The notes under the pieces: model-generated
The model's database searches: none
What the model saw: only the letters and a program-made list of their open reading frames with translations
Told to the model about the DNA's origin: nothing
Assembly (NCBI GenBank): GCA_022571365.1
Contig: JACZXZ010000007.1
Location: 3,366-67,365 of the forward strand
Length of the DNA stretch: 64,000 bases
Direction of reading: 5' to 3'
DNA from: Pseudomonadota bacterium
Lineage (GTDB): Bacteria > Pseudomonadota > Alphaproteobacteria > G022571365
Position numbers and translations under genes: made by a program
In this document: piece by piece, positions 52,210-63,332 of the stretch
How the letters are laid out: the number at the start of each line of letters is the position of its first letter
Position numbering within the stretch: the stretch's first letter is position 1

Positions 52210-52755
52210 ATGCCAGATACGAGAGCCAGCCACGGAATGCGCGAGGAAAGCGAGTTTCTCGAGAAGCTGGTCAGCATCAACCGGGTGGCGAAGGTGGTCA
52301 AGGGCGGCCGGCGCTTCGGCTTCGCCGCCGTGGTCGTGGTCGGTGATACCAAGGGTCGGGTCGGCCACGGCCATGGCAAGGCGCGCGAGGTGCCGGAGGC
52401 GATCCGCAAGGCGACCGAGCAAGCCAAGCGCAGCCTGGTCCGGGTGCCGCTCAGGGAAGGCCGGACGCTCCACCACGATGTCCAGGGCCGGTTCGGCGCC
52501 GGCCGGGTGGTGCTGCGAACCGCGCCCCCGGGCACCGGCATCATCGCCGGCGGGCCGCTACGAGCGGTTTTCGAGTGCCTGGGCGTCCAGGACGTGGTTG
52601 GCAAATCCATCGGCAGCTCCAACCCGCACAACACGATTAAGGCGACCTTCGACGGGTTCCGCAAGCTCGTTTCACCGCGCGCCGTCGCCGCCAAGCGGGG
52701 CAAGAAGATCGGCGAGATCGTCAGCCGGCGCGGGAGCGCGGGGGCCAGGGAGTAA
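52210..52755 (+). CDS. rpsE: 30S ribosomal protein S5
   Basis: [38 protein letters not shown]... In-frame start inside ORF 52138..52755. Confidence 0.9.
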   Translation: MPDTRASHGMREESEFLEKLVSINRVAKVVKGGRRFGFAAVVVVGDTKGRVGHGHGKAREVPEAIRKATEQAKRSLVRVPLREGRTLHHDVQGRFGAGRVVLRTAPPGTGIIAGGPLRAVFECLGVQDVVGKSIGSSNPHNTIKATFDGFRKLVSPRAVAAKRGKKIGEIVSRRGSAGARE

Positions 52756-52759
52756 GACC

Positions 52760-52954
52760 ATGGTGGAGAAAAAGCGCACCATCAAGGTGACCCAGATCGC
52801 AAGTTCTATCGGGCGCGAGGCCGACCAGCGGCAAACCCTGATCGGCCTGGGGCTCAATAAGCTGCACCGCACGCGCGAGCTTGAGGATACGCCGGCGGTA
52901 CGCGGCATGGTCGACAAGGTCCGGCATCTGGTGCGCGTGAAAGAGGTGGGTTGA
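52760..52954 (+). CDS. rpmD: 50S ribosomal protein L30
   Basis: [36 protein letters not shown]... In frame within ORF 52343..52954. Confidence 0.9.
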   Translation: MVEKKRTIKVTQIASSIGREADQRQTLIGLGLNKLHRTRELEDTPAVRGMVDKVRHLVRVKEVG

Positions 52955-52972
52955 GGCCTGGTGGAGGAACCC

Positions 52973-53629
52973 GTGAAGCTGAACGAACTATCGGACAAAC
53001 CGGGGGCCCGCAAGGCGCGCACGCGCGTCGGGCGCGGCATCGGCTCGGGCAAGGGCAAGACCTCGGGGCGCGGCCACAAGGGCCAGAAGTCGCGCAGCGG
53101 TGTTGCCATCAGGGGCTTCGAAGGCGGGCAGATGCCGATCTATCGCCGGCTGCCGGGGCGCGGCTTCAAAAATCCCTTCGCCAAACGCTTCCAGGTGGTC
53201 AACCTCGACCGGCTTCAACGGGCGATCGAGGCCGGCAAGCTGGATGCCAACAATCCGGTGACGGTCGAGGCCATGCGCGCGGCCGGTCTGGTGCGCAGGG
53301 TGCGCGACGGCGTGCGGCTACTTGCAAAGGGCGAGCTCAGGTCCAAAGTAACGATTGAAGTCACCGGCGCTTCCAAGGCCGCGGTGGCCGCCGTGGAGAA
53401 GGCCGGGGGCAAGGTCGTGCTGCCCGAACCCGCGCCTTCCCCCGACAAGCCCAAGGCCGGCAGGGGCGCCGAAGTCGAGCCCAAGGACGATAAGGGCGCC
53501 GAAGTCGAGCCCAAGGACGGCAAGGGCGCCGAAGTCAAGCCCAAGGCCGGCAAGGACGCCGAAGTCAAGCCCAAGGCCGGCAAGGACGCCGAAGTCAAGC
53601 CCAAGGACGATAAGGGCGCCGAAGCTTAA
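52973..53629 (+). CDS. rplO: 50S ribosomal protein L15 with ~70-aa repetitive Lys/Glu-rich C-terminal extension
   Basis: GTG 52973 with GGAGG 5 nt upstream. [28 protein letters not shown]... Core ~150 aa followed by (AEVxPKxGKG) x5 encoded by 30-bp tandem repeats. Confidence 0.88.
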   Translation: MKLNELSDKPGARKARTRVGRGIGSGKGKTSGRGHKGQKSRSGVAIRGFEGGQMPIYRRLPGRGFKNPFAKRFQVVNLDRLQRAIEAGKLDANNPVTVEAMRAAGLVRRVRDGVRLLAKGELRSKVTIEVTGASKAAVAAVEKAGGKVVLPEPAPSPDKPKAGRGAEVEPKDDKGAEVEPKDGKGAEVKPKAGKDAEVKPKAGKDAEVKPKDDKGAEA

Positions 53630-53651
53630 AGTCTGAAGACAGGAGATCCGG

Positions 53652-54994
<1,343 letters not shown>

Positions 54995-54995
<1 letters not shown>

Positions 54996-55648
54996 TGAAT
55001 GTGATCCTGTTCGGCCCCCCCGGCTGCGGCAAGGGAACGCAGGCCAGGCGGCTGGAGGATCGATTCAACACGATCCAGCTTTCGACCGGCGACATGCTGC
55101 GCGCCGAGGTCGCCTCCGGAAGCGAAATCGGCCGGAAGGCGAAAGCGGTCATGGATGCCGGCCACCTCGTGCCCGACGGAGTCATGATCGCGATGATCGC
55201 CAACCGCATCGATCAGCCCGACTGCAAGAATGGCTTTCTCCTCGACGGCTTCCCACGCACGACGGCCCAGGCCAGGGCGCTGGATGAGATGCTGGCTGAG
55301 CAGGGACTCAGGCTGGACCACGTGATCGAGATCACGATCGACGCGGCGGTGTTGGCCGAACGCCTCGCCGGACGCTTCAACTGCGCCAGATGCGGCGCGG
55401 TCTATCACGACAAGTTCCAGCGGCCCAAGGTCGACGGTGTGTGCGATGTCTGCGGCAGCTCGACCGGGTTCACGCGGCGCGTCGACGACAAAGCCGATAC
55501 CGTCAAGGCGCGGCTCAAGGCCTATGACGAGCAGACGGCGCCGCTCCTACCCTACTACCAGGCCAGGGAGGTGCTGAGGAGGGTCGACGGGATGGGCTCC
55601 ATAGACGAGGTGACGCGGCAGCTCGAAGCGATATTGGAACAGGCGTAG
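54995..55648 (+). CDS. adk: adenylate kinase (with 4-Cys zinc lid)
   Basis: ATG overlaps secY stop. MNVILFGPPGCGKGTQ... Lid CARCGAVYH...CDVCGSS. Confidence 0.93.
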
Positions 55649-55756
55649 CTTGTTGACTTAGGCCGGGATCGCCATATAATCCGCGCACCCCAGGTGCCGC
55701 CCTGGGTGCGGTTTGGCCTGTCTTCGAGAAAACCTGAAGGATTAGAGGAACCATAG

Positions 55757-56125
55757 GTGGCGCGTATTGCTGGCGTTAACATTCCGACCCAGAAGCGGGT
55801 CGAGATCGCGCTGACCTACATCCACGGCATCGGCCGGACCAAAGCCCGGAAGATTTGCGGGACAGTCGGCATTCCCGACGAGCGGCGGGTGAATCAGCTC
55901 ACCGAAGATGAGGTGATGCGCATCCGCGAGGTTATCGACCGCGACCATCGGGTCGAGGGCGACCTGCGCCGGGAGGTGGGAATGAACGTCAAGCGCCTGA
56001 TGGATCTGGGCTGCTATCGTGGCTTAAGGCACCGGAAGGGTCTGCCGGTGCGCGGCCAGCGTACCCACACCAACGCGCGCTCGCGCAAAGGTCGGGCCCG
56101 GCCCATCGCCGCCAAGAAGAAATGA
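55757..56125 (+). CDS. rpsM: 30S ribosomal protein S13
   Basis: GTG start. [26 protein letters not shown]... Confidence 0.93.
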   Translation: MARIAGVNIPTQKRVEIALTYIHGIGRTKARKICGTVGIPDERRVNQLTEDEVMRIREVIDRDHRVEGDLRREVGMNVKRLMDLGCYRGLRHRKGLPVRGQRTHTNARSRKGRARPIAAKKK

Positions 56126-56180
56126 GGCCGCGGCCTGAGCATTGACGCCGGCGCGAAACGTCAAACGTTAAGGAAAGAGA

Positions 56181-56573
56181 ATGGCCACAACGACATCACC
56201 GCGTCTCAGACGCCGGGAACGGAAGAACATTACCTCCGGCGTCGCCCATGTGAGCGCGACATTCAACAACACGAAGATCACCATTACCGACGCCCAGGGC
56301 AACACCATTGCCTGGTCGTCGGCTGGCAGCCAGGGCTTCAAGGGCTCGCGCAAGTCAACGCCCTATGCCGCCCAGATGGCCGCCGAGGACGCCGGCCGGA
56401 AGGCCATGGAGCACGGCATGCGCACTCTTGAGATCGAGATCAAGGGGCCGGGCTCGGGCCGCGAGTCGGCCTTGAGGGCGCTTCAGGCTGTCGGCTTTAC
56501 CATCACCGCGATCCGCGACGTCTCGCCGATCGCCCATAACGGCTGTCGTCCGCCCAAGCGACGCCGGGTTTAG
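56181..56573 (+). CDS. rpsK: 30S ribosomal protein S11
   Basis: ...[31 protein letters not shown]... Confidence 0.95.
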   Translation: MATTTSPRLRRRERKNITSGVAHVSATFNNTKITITDAQGNTIAWSSAGSQGFKGSRKSTPYAAQMAAEDAGRKAMEHGMRTLEIEIKGPGSGRESALRALQAVGFTITAIRDVSPIAHNGCRPPKRRRV

Positions 56574-56684
56574 GCTGCCCTAAGGGCGAATTAGGATCAG
56601 GGAGGCCGGCGCGGCCTGCCGGCCGGTACGTAGCGCGGACAGCCGTTGCGGATCGAGATCCGCGAAGGACAAGAGGTCACACCC

Positions 56685-57701
56685 GTGATTCAGAGGAATT
56701 GGACGGACCTGATCAAACCCAACAGGCTCATTGTCGAGCCGGGCGATGACCCGGCGCGCGAGGCCGTCGTGGTCGCCGAGCCGTTCGAACGCGGTTTGGG
56801 ACTCACTCTCGGCAACGCGCTGAGGCGAATTCTGTTGTCGTCGCTGCATGGCGCGGCGGTCACATCGGTGCAGATCGACGGGGTGCTGCACGAGTTCTCG
56901 TCGATCCCAGGCGTGCGCGAAGACCTCACCGATATTATCCTCAACATCAAATCCATCGCGCTTCGCATGCATGGCGAGGGGTCGAAGCGCATGACGCTCA
57001 AGGGCACCGGTCCCGGGGAGATCACGGCCGGGATGATCGAGACCGGACACGAGATCGAGATCATGAATCCCGAGCTCCTCATCTGTACCCTGGACAAGGG
57101 GACAAAGATCAACATGGAGATGACGGTGGAGGGCGGTAAAGGCTACGTTCCAGCCTCGCAGAGCCGCGCCCCCGATGCGCCCATCGGTTTGATTCCCGTC
57201 GACGCGGTGTTCAGCCCGGTGAAAAAGGTCGCCTACAAGGTCGAAAACACCCGCGTCGGCCAGGTTACCGACTACGACAAGCTTTCGATGCGGGTCGAGA
57301 CCAACACCACGGTCAGTCCGGAAGACGCGGTGGCCCTGGCGGCCCGCATCCTGCAGGATCAACTGCAGCTGTTCATCAACTTCGAGGAGCCCCAGGTCGC
57401 TATCGAGGCCGAGGAGCATGCCGAGCTGCCGTTCAACAAGAACCTGCTGCGCAAGGTGGACGAGCTGGAGCTCTCCGTGCGCTCGGCCAACTGCCTCAAG
57501 AACGACAACATCATCTACATCGGCGATCTGGTTCAAAAGACCGAGCAGGAAATGTTGCGGACGCCGAATTTCGGCCGCAAGTCGCTGAACGAGATCAGGG
57601 AAGTGCTCGACACCATGGGCCTCCATCTCGGCATGGAAATCCTCGATTGGCCGCCGGAAAACATCGAGGAGCTGGCGAAGAAGCTGGAAGAGCCGTACTG
57701 A
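56685..57701 (+). CDS. rpoA: DNA-directed RNA polymerase alpha subunit
   Basis: GTG 56685 gives [15 protein letters not shown]..., matching alphaproteobacterial RpoA N-termini. AAGAGG 10 nt upstream. ORF 56646..57701 in the supplied track opens with an upstream TTG. Confidence 0.9.
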   Translation: MIQRNWTDLIKPNRLIVEPGDDPAREAVVVAEPFERGLGLTLGNALRRILLSSLHGAAVTSVQIDGVLHEFSSIPGVREDLTDIILNIKSIALRMHGEGSKRMTLKGTGPGEITAGMIETGHEIEIMNPELLICTLDKGTKINMEMTVEGGKGYVPASQSRAPDAPIGLIPVDAVFSPVKKVAYKVENTRVGQVTDYDKLSMRVETNTTVSPEDAVALAARILQDQLQLFINFEEPQVAIEAEEHAELPFNKNLLRKVDELELSVRSANCLKNDNIIYIGDLVQKTEQEMLRTPNFGRKSLNEIREVLDTMGLHLGMEILDWPPENIEELAKKLEEPY

Positions 57702-57767
57702 TCCGGCCGGCTCGCCGGGGGGCGCGGCCGGGTTCCGGCGAGTCCAGGCCCGGGAGGAGGTACCGAC

Positions 57768-58196
57768 ATGCGTCACCGTGTCCGCGGCCGCAAGCTGAAC
57801 CGCACCTCGAGCCACCGCAAGGCGATGTTCGCCAACATGGCGGTCGCGCTGATCAAGCACGAGCAGATCAAGACCACCCTGCCCAAGGCGAAGGATCTCA
57901 GGCGGGTGGTCGAAAGGTTGATTACGCTCGGTAAGCGCGGCGGCCTGCACGCGCGGCGCCAGGCGCTTTCGATCCTCCAGGACACGGGACTCACGGAAAA
58001 GCTGTTCACCACGCTGGCGACCCGCTATGCCGACCGGAACGGGGGTTACACCCGCGTGGTAAAGGCCGGGTTGCGTTACGGCGACGCCGCGCCCATGGCG
58101 ATCATCGAGCTGGTTGACCGCGACCCGGAGGCCAAGGGCAAGGACTCCGGCCCCGTTCCGGGCGGGGAAGAGGAGGCCGCGGCGGCCGAGGCTTAG
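57768..58196 (+). CDS. rplQ: 50S ribosomal protein L17
   Basis: [42 protein letters not shown]... Confidence 0.95.
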   Translation: MRHRVRGRKLNRTSSHRKAMFANMAVALIKHEQIKTTLPKAKDLRRVVERLITLGKRGGLHARRQALSILQDTGLTEKLFTTLATRYADRNGGYTRVVKAGLRYGDAAPMAIIELVDRDPEAKGKDSGPVPGGEEEAAAAEA

Positions 58197-58242
58197 ACTC
58201 CGTCACGGTTTGCCACGGATGACCAAGCGAGGCAGCCTGTTG

Positions 58243-58325
58243 GGCTGCCTCGTGTTTTGTCAGGTGGTACATTATGTTCGGCACGCTGCGGGAGCGGGTC
58301 CAGGCCTCCCTCGGCTCGGGCGTCA
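58243..58325 (+). repeat. chimeric partial copy of degP 5' region: ~36 bp promoter/UTR-like segment plus 38-bp perfect internal degP fragment
   Basis: 58243-58278 matches 60465-60500 (31/36). 58288-58325 is identical to 60863-60900 (inside degP coding for RERVQASLGSGV). Confidence 0.8.
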
Positions 58326-58333
58326 GAAGCGCG

Positions 58334-59620
58334 TCAAGCTGTCCCGTGGCGTTTTTCCTGAGTGGTGACGCCGAGTGATTCGGCCACCGCCCTGGCCGTC
58401 GCGCAGCCGGTGAGGTAGGCGCCATGGCAGGTGGCGATGAACTCGTGCGAGGCCGCCTCGCCGGCGAAGAATAGCTTATCGTCGATGGCCGCCGCCATGT
58501 CGCGCCGGGCGCCGCCGCGGCCCGGCAGCGCGCACGAGTATGCCCCGCGGACCAAGGGATCGCCGTCCCACGCCGAGCAGGTCGTCCTGACGATGTGCTT
58601 CTCGATGTCGTTGCCGTAGACGCCTTTAAGCTTTTCGATCGCGTAGTCGGCCATCGTCTGCGGCCCCGAGCGCTCGAGCCACGCGCTGAAGCGGCCGCCG
58701 ACCAAGCCCACGGCGTGGTCGCGGTCGAACGGGCGGATCTGGAAGGCGATCGACTCGGGCGTCTCGTTGTAGACCGTGAAGCCGTCCCCCTGGTCGGGTC
58801 CGAAGACGTCGCGGTCGAATTCGATGCCGATGCGGTTGTGGCTTCCCAGCGGCAGGCTCTCGATCGCCGCGAGCTTCCAGTCGGGAAGCCGCGGTTCGAA
58901 GTGGATGTCGCCAGCGCCGAGCACGCCGGTCGAGACGGTGACGATCGCCTTCGCCGCGGTCACCGTGCCCTTCGGCGTCGTCACCCTGATCTCGGGCCCG
59001 CCCCAGTCGATGCGCTCGGCGCGCGCATTCAGCGCGACCGGCACGCCCGAGAAGTAGGCGGCGACCAGCGACCCGTAGCCGTCGACCAGCGGCCAGTTCT
59101 CGCCCGTGTCGTTGTAGCTCGACGAATCGACCGTCGAAACCTGGTCCGAATCGACCGAGGCGAACATCGAGGTCCACAGGTCGAACATCGGCGTCCAGCG
59201 GTCCTCGCGCGCGGTGACCTCGGTGACGGCGACGTCGCGCCCGGCGTCGGCCGCGGCCTTGATCGCCCCGTGGCAGCGCTCGTCGAACGCCTCGCGCTCG
59301 CGGCATTCCGCCTCGGTCGCCCAGCGGTCGCCGAGGTGGATGCGCCGCGGAAAGTCGTCCTTGGTGTAGGCGTGACCCAGAGATTCGGCGATTTCCACAT
59401 AGGGGTTGAGACTCGCCGAATGCATCCAGTGGCAGCCCAGGTCGAAGGGGAAGGCGAAGGCCTCGGTGTCGGTGAAGGCGCGCCCGCCGATGCGGTGCGA
59501 GGCTTCGAGCAGAGTCACGCTGAGGCCCGCCTCGCGCGCCGTCCTGGCCGCCGCCAAGCCGGCCGAGCCCGCGCCGATGACGACCAGATCGACCGGCGAC
59601 GCCGGTTTTCCCATGACCAT
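58334..59620 (-). CDS. FAD-dependent amine oxidase family oxidoreductase
   Basis: Start at MVMGKPASPVDLVVIGAGSAGLAAA (dinucleotide-binding GxGxxG). Flavin amine-oxidase-like C-terminus (FFAGEAAS). ORF 58334..59782 has 54 extra upstream codons, unlikely to be translated. Confidence 0.78.
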   Translation of the reverse strand: MVMGKPASPVDLVVIGAGSAGLAAARTAREAGLSVTLLEASHRIGGRAFTDTEAFAFPFDLGCHWMHSASLNPYVEIAESLGHAYTKDDFPRRIHLGDRWATEAECREREAFDERCHGAIKAAADAGRDVAVTEVTAREDRWTPMFDLWTSMFASVDSDQVSTVDSSSYNDTGENWPLVDGYGSLVAAYFSGVPVALNARAERIDWGGPEIRVTTPKGTVTAAKAIVTVSTGVLGAGDIHFEPRLPDWKLAAIESLPLGSHNRIGIEFDRDVFGPDQGDGFTVYNETPESIAFQIRPFDRDHAVGLVGGRFSAWLERSGPQTMADYAIEKLKGVYGNDIEKHIVRTTCSAWDGDPLVRGAYSCALPGRGGARRDMAAAIDDKLFFAGEAASHEFIATCHGAYLTGCATARAVAESLGVTTQEKRHGTA

Positions 59621-59831
59621 TCCCTCCCTCGTTCCTACTCTAGCACACCGCCCCGCCCATCGCGCAGCCCCCGGTATTGGGCAAAGACGCGGGTGGCGCG
59701 TCCGGCTAAGCTTGGGTCGGGTTCCGGATTGATTGGGAGCCAAACCGCTGAGGGCCGTTCCTGACCCTTTGCGGACATTCAACGTGGCGCGGTTCTATGT
59801 CCCCAAATGACCCGAAGGCGACTTTGGCCAG

Positions 59832-60326
59832 CTAGAGAAGTCTCTTTGTAAGAATCACTTCGTAGTCTTCAAAGCCATAATTCTTGTATGCTTGGCGCGC
59901 TGTCTTGTTCTTGCTTTTGATGCAGACGGTCATCCAGTGTAGCCCTTTTGCCAGCATGGTACGTTCGAACTCTCGCATTAGGGCTGTCCCGATGCCTTGT
60001 CGGCGCCGTTCGCTCTGGACAAAAAGGTCAGAGATATAGGCACTTCGATCGAACTCTGAAGCGACTAGACAGTCCCCCGCTTTGTGGGCGTAACCTGCCA
60101 GCACTCCGACGATTTCTCTGTTTGCCTCAGCGACGAGAAAGACACCCTTGTCGGCGGTCAGCCGGTGGCGGAGATCGGACAGGTAGTCTTCCCAGACATC
60201 GCGTCCAGGCCTGAGGGGATATCCGACAATTTCGTGCTCAAAGTCTTGAATGTTCGCCACGGCCTGGCCCAAAGCGGTCCAATCCGCATCTTCTCCAGTT
60301 CGAATGGTAAATGTCGCGTGCTTCAT
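59832..60326 (-). CDS. GNAT family N-acetyltransferase
   Basis: 164 aa with acetyl-CoA binding motif A (VQSERRRQGIGTALM). GC ~52%, well below surroundings. Confidence 0.8.
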   Translation of the reverse strand: MKHATFTIRTGEDADWTALGQAVANIQDFEHEIVGYPLRPGRDVWEDYLSDLRHRLTADKGVFLVAEANREIVGVLAGYAHKAGDCLVASEFDRSAYISDLFVQSERRRQGIGTALMREFERTMLAKGLHWMTVCIKSKNKTARQAYKNYGFEDYEVILTKRLL

Positions 60327-60506
60327 GATGTGGAATATATATGGCGTGCGTCACGTAGAACAGGTTACGACCGTTCATGGCTATGAGCTGACATTGCGCC
60401 GCGACCCGGCCAGCGTCCGCTGATGGCTATGAGCGGACCTTCGACAAACTGAGACACTACCGTCGGCTGCCTCTTGTTTTATCGGGTGGTACACTATGTT
60501 AAGGCC

Positions 60507-62015
60507 ATGTTGAAGGATCCGGGGCGGCAACGGTGGCGGAAGATGGCCGGTTTCGGCGAAAAGCTGAGGACGGGTGGCACGGGCTGGGGGTCCCGCCTGT
60601 CGCTCGCGATGCTCGTTGGATCGCTGGTTCTGCTGGTGGCCGGCCCTTGGGCCGAGCCTAGGGCCCAGACCGCCCAGACCAAGGCGGTGCCGGAGACGAC
60701 GGGCGAGATCGAGCTGTCCTTCGCGGCCGTGGTCAGGCAAGCGGCGCCCGCCGTCGTCAACATCTATACCCGCAGGGTGGTGCGATCGGGGATCGCCTCG
60801 CCGCTGTTGAAGGATCCGCTTCTGCGCCACTTCTTCGGCGAGGGCTTCGGCTTCGGCATGCCGCGGGAGCGGGTCCAGGCCTCCCTCGGCTCGGGCGTCA
60901 TCGTGCGACCGGACGGTTTCCTCGTCACCAACTATCACGTCATCCAGGATAGTGACGAGATCACCGTGGTGCTGGCCGACCGCCGCGAGTTCGGCGCCAC
61001 CATCCTGCGCACCGACGAGCGTACCGACCTGGCGGTGCTCAAGATCGACACCGGCGGCGAGGAGCTGCCCTTCCTCGAGCTCAGGGATTCGGACGAGCTC
61101 GAGGTCGGGGACCTGGTGCTTGCCATCGGCAACCCCTTCGGGATCGGCCAGGCGGTGACCAGCGGCATCGTCTCGGCGCTGGCCCGCACCCAGGTCGGTA
61201 TCACCGATTTCCGCTTCTTCATCCAGACCGACGCGGCGATCAACCCCGGCAACTCGGGCGGGGCCCTCGTCTCCATGGACGGCCGGCTGGCCGGCATCAA
61301 CACGGCGATTTTCTCGAGAACCGGCGGTTCGCTCGGCATCGGCTTCGCGATTCCGTCCAATATGGTGGCGACGGTGATCGCCGGCGTGACCAGCGGCGGC
61401 CGCCTGGTGCGGCCGTGGCTCGGCGCCAGCGGTCAAAGCGTGACCGCGGACATCGCCGAGTCGCTCGGCTTGGCCAGGCCGGGCGGGGTCATCATCGCCC
61501 GGGTCTACCCGGGCGGCCCGGCGGATGGCGCGGGCCTGGAGGTTGGCGACGTGGTCACCGCGGTCAACGGCCGGGAGGTGGAAGACAGCGAGGCTCTTCG
61601 GTTTCGCATCGCCACCCTGCCCATCGGCGGCGGCGCGACCCTGGCCTTGCACCGCCGCGGCAGCGATCGGACCGTTACGGTCTTGCTCGAGGCGCCGCCG
61701 GAGGATCCGCCGCGCCAGGAGACGATGCTCCGGGGGGCGCACCCGCTGTCCGGCGCGACGGTGGCCAATCTCTCGCCAGCCCTGGCCGATGAGCTTGCCC
61801 TCGACCTCTTCGCGCGGGGCGTCGTCATCCTCGACACCGCCCGTGGCAGTCCGGCGCAACGGTTCTTCGCCACGGGCGACATCCTTCTCCGCATCGCCGG
61901 CCTCGAGACCGAGACAGTCGATGCGCTCGAGCGCGCCCTGATGCAACCGGCGCGCGTCTGGAACATCGCCCTGCGCCGGGGCGGCAAGGTGGTGAACCTG
62001 GCGGTCTCCGGATGA
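60507..62015 (+). CDS. degP: periplasmic serine endoprotease DegP/HtrA family (trypsin domain + PDZ)
   Basis: Catalytic triad context (TNYHV, DLAVLK, GNSGGAL), C-terminal PDZ. Start uncertain: ATG 60507 or 60543, with TTG 60474 opening the ORF. Confidence 0.85.
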   Translation: MLKDPGRQRWRKMAGFGEKLRTGGTGWGSRLSLAMLVGSLVLLVAGPWAEPRAQTAQTKAVPETTGEIELSFAAVVRQAAPAVVNIYTRRVVRSGIASPLLKDPLLRHFFGEGFGFGMPRERVQASLGSGVIVRPDGFLVTNYHVIQDSDEITVVLADRREFGATILRTDERTDLAVLKIDTGGEELPFLELRDSDELEVGDLVLAIGNPFGIGQAVTSGIVSALARTQVGITDFRFFIQTDAAINPGNSGGALVSMDGRLAGINTAIFSRTGGSLGIGFAIPSNMVATVIAGVTSGGRLVRPWLGASGQSVTADIAESLGLARPGGVIIARVYPGGPADGAGLEVGDVVTAVNGREVEDSEALRFRIATLPIGGGATLALHRRGSDRTVTVLLEAPPEDPPRQETMLRGAHPLSGATVANLSPALADELALDLFARGVVILDTARGSPAQRFFATGDILLRIAGLETETVDALERALMQPARVWNIALRRGGKVVNLAVSG

Positions 62016-63328
62016 GCAGCCTGTTCGAGGCCCAGGCTCCGCGTCCGCTGGCCGACCGCCTGCGTCCGCGGAGGCTGGATGAAGTCGTGGGGCAGGACCA
62101 CCTCTTGGCCCCGGACGGCCCGATCGGCCGCATGGCGGCGCAGCGCCGGATCGTTTCCATGATCCTGTGGGGCCCGCCGGGCTCGGGCAAGACCACGATT
62201 GCGCGGCTGCTGGCCGATGTCACCGACTTTCATTTCGAGCCCCTGTCGGCCGTGTTTACCGGGGTCGCGGATCTCAGGCGGGTGTTCGATGAGGCTAAGA
62301 AGCGCCGCGAGGCCGGCCGCGGCACCCTGTTGTTCATCGACGAGGTTCACCGCTTCAACCGGATCCAGCAGGACGGCTTCCTGCCCTACGTGGAGGACGG
62401 CACGGTCACGCTCGTGGGCGCGACCACGGAAAACCCGTCCTTCGAGCTCACCCCGCCGCTCTTGTCCCGCTGTCAGGTATTGGTCTTGAAGCGCCTCGAC
62501 GACGCCGCGCTCGAGCGCCTGCTCGTCCGCGCCGAGGCCGAAGTGGACCGCCGGCTGCCGCTCGACGGCGACGCCCGGTCCGCGCTCAAGGCCATGGCCG
62601 ACGGCGACGGGCGGTTTGTGTTGAACCTGGCCGAGGAGCTGTTCGCCCTGCCGCCCGCGGCCGACGACGGAACGGCGGTGCTGGATACGGCCCGGCTCGC
62701 CGCCATGGTCCAGCGCCGCGCGCCACTCTACGACAAGGCCCAAGAGGGCCACTACAACCTGATCAGCGCGCTCCACAAGTCTTTGCGGGGCTCGGACGCC
62801 GATGCCGCGCTTTACTGGATGGCGCGCATGCTGGCGGGCGGCGAGGACCCGCTTTACATCGCCCGGCGACTGGTGCGATTCGCGGTGGAGGATGTCGGGC
62901 TCGCCGACCCCGACGCGCTCGTGCAGGCGCTCGCCGCCTGGGACACCTACGAGCGTCTGGGCTCGCCCGAGGGCGAGCTGGCGCTCGCCCAGTGCGTGAT
63001 CTATCTGGCGACGGCGCCCAAGTCCAACGCCGCCTACCGCGCCCTTGGCACGGCCCAGGCGGCGGCCAAGAAGACCGGCTCGCTCATGCCGCCCCTGCAT
63101 ATCCTGAATGCGCCGACGCGGCTCATGCGCGATCTCGGCTACGGCAAGGACTACGTCTACGACCACGACACGGAGGCGGCGTTCTCGGGCCAGGACTACT
63201 TCCCCGAGGGCATGGAACGGCGCCAATTTTACCGGCCCGCCGACCGCGGCTTCGAGCGCGAGATCAAGAAGCGCCTGGAGTACTGGCGGAAGCTGCGGGA
63301 ACGAAAGGGTTCCGGCCGGGATCAATAA
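62012..63328 (+). CDS. rarA: replication-associated recombination protein A (AAA+ ATPase)
   Basis: ATG overlaps degP stop. Walker A GPPGSGKTT, Walker B LFIDEVHRFN, MgsA C-terminal domain. Confidence 0.9.
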   Translation: MSSLFEAQAPRPLADRLRPRRLDEVVGQDHLLAPDGPIGRMAAQRRIVSMILWGPPGSGKTTIARLLADVTDFHFEPLSAVFTGVADLRRVFDEAKKRREAGRGTLLFIDEVHRFNRIQQDGFLPYVEDGTVTLVGATTENPSFELTPPLLSRCQVLVLKRLDDAALERLLVRAEAEVDRRLPLDGDARSALKAMADGDGRFVLNLAEELFALPPAADDGTAVLDTARLAAMVQRRAPLYDKAQEGHYNLISALHKSLRGSDADAALYWMARMLAGGEDPLYIARRLVRFAVEDVGLADPDALVQALAAWDTYERLGSPEGELALAQCVIYLATAPKSNAAYRALGTAQAAAKKTGSLMPPLHILNAPTRLMRDLGYGKDYVYDHDTEAAFSGQDYFPEGMERRQFYRPADRGFEREIKKRLEYWRKLRERKGSGRDQ

Positions 63329-63332
63329 CGTA

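Noticed and set aside
56646-56684. Upstream TTG start for rpoA (ORF 56646..57701)
   Set aside because: GTG 56685 yields MIQRNWTDL..., matching alphaproteobacterial RpoA N-termini, and has a better-placed SD.
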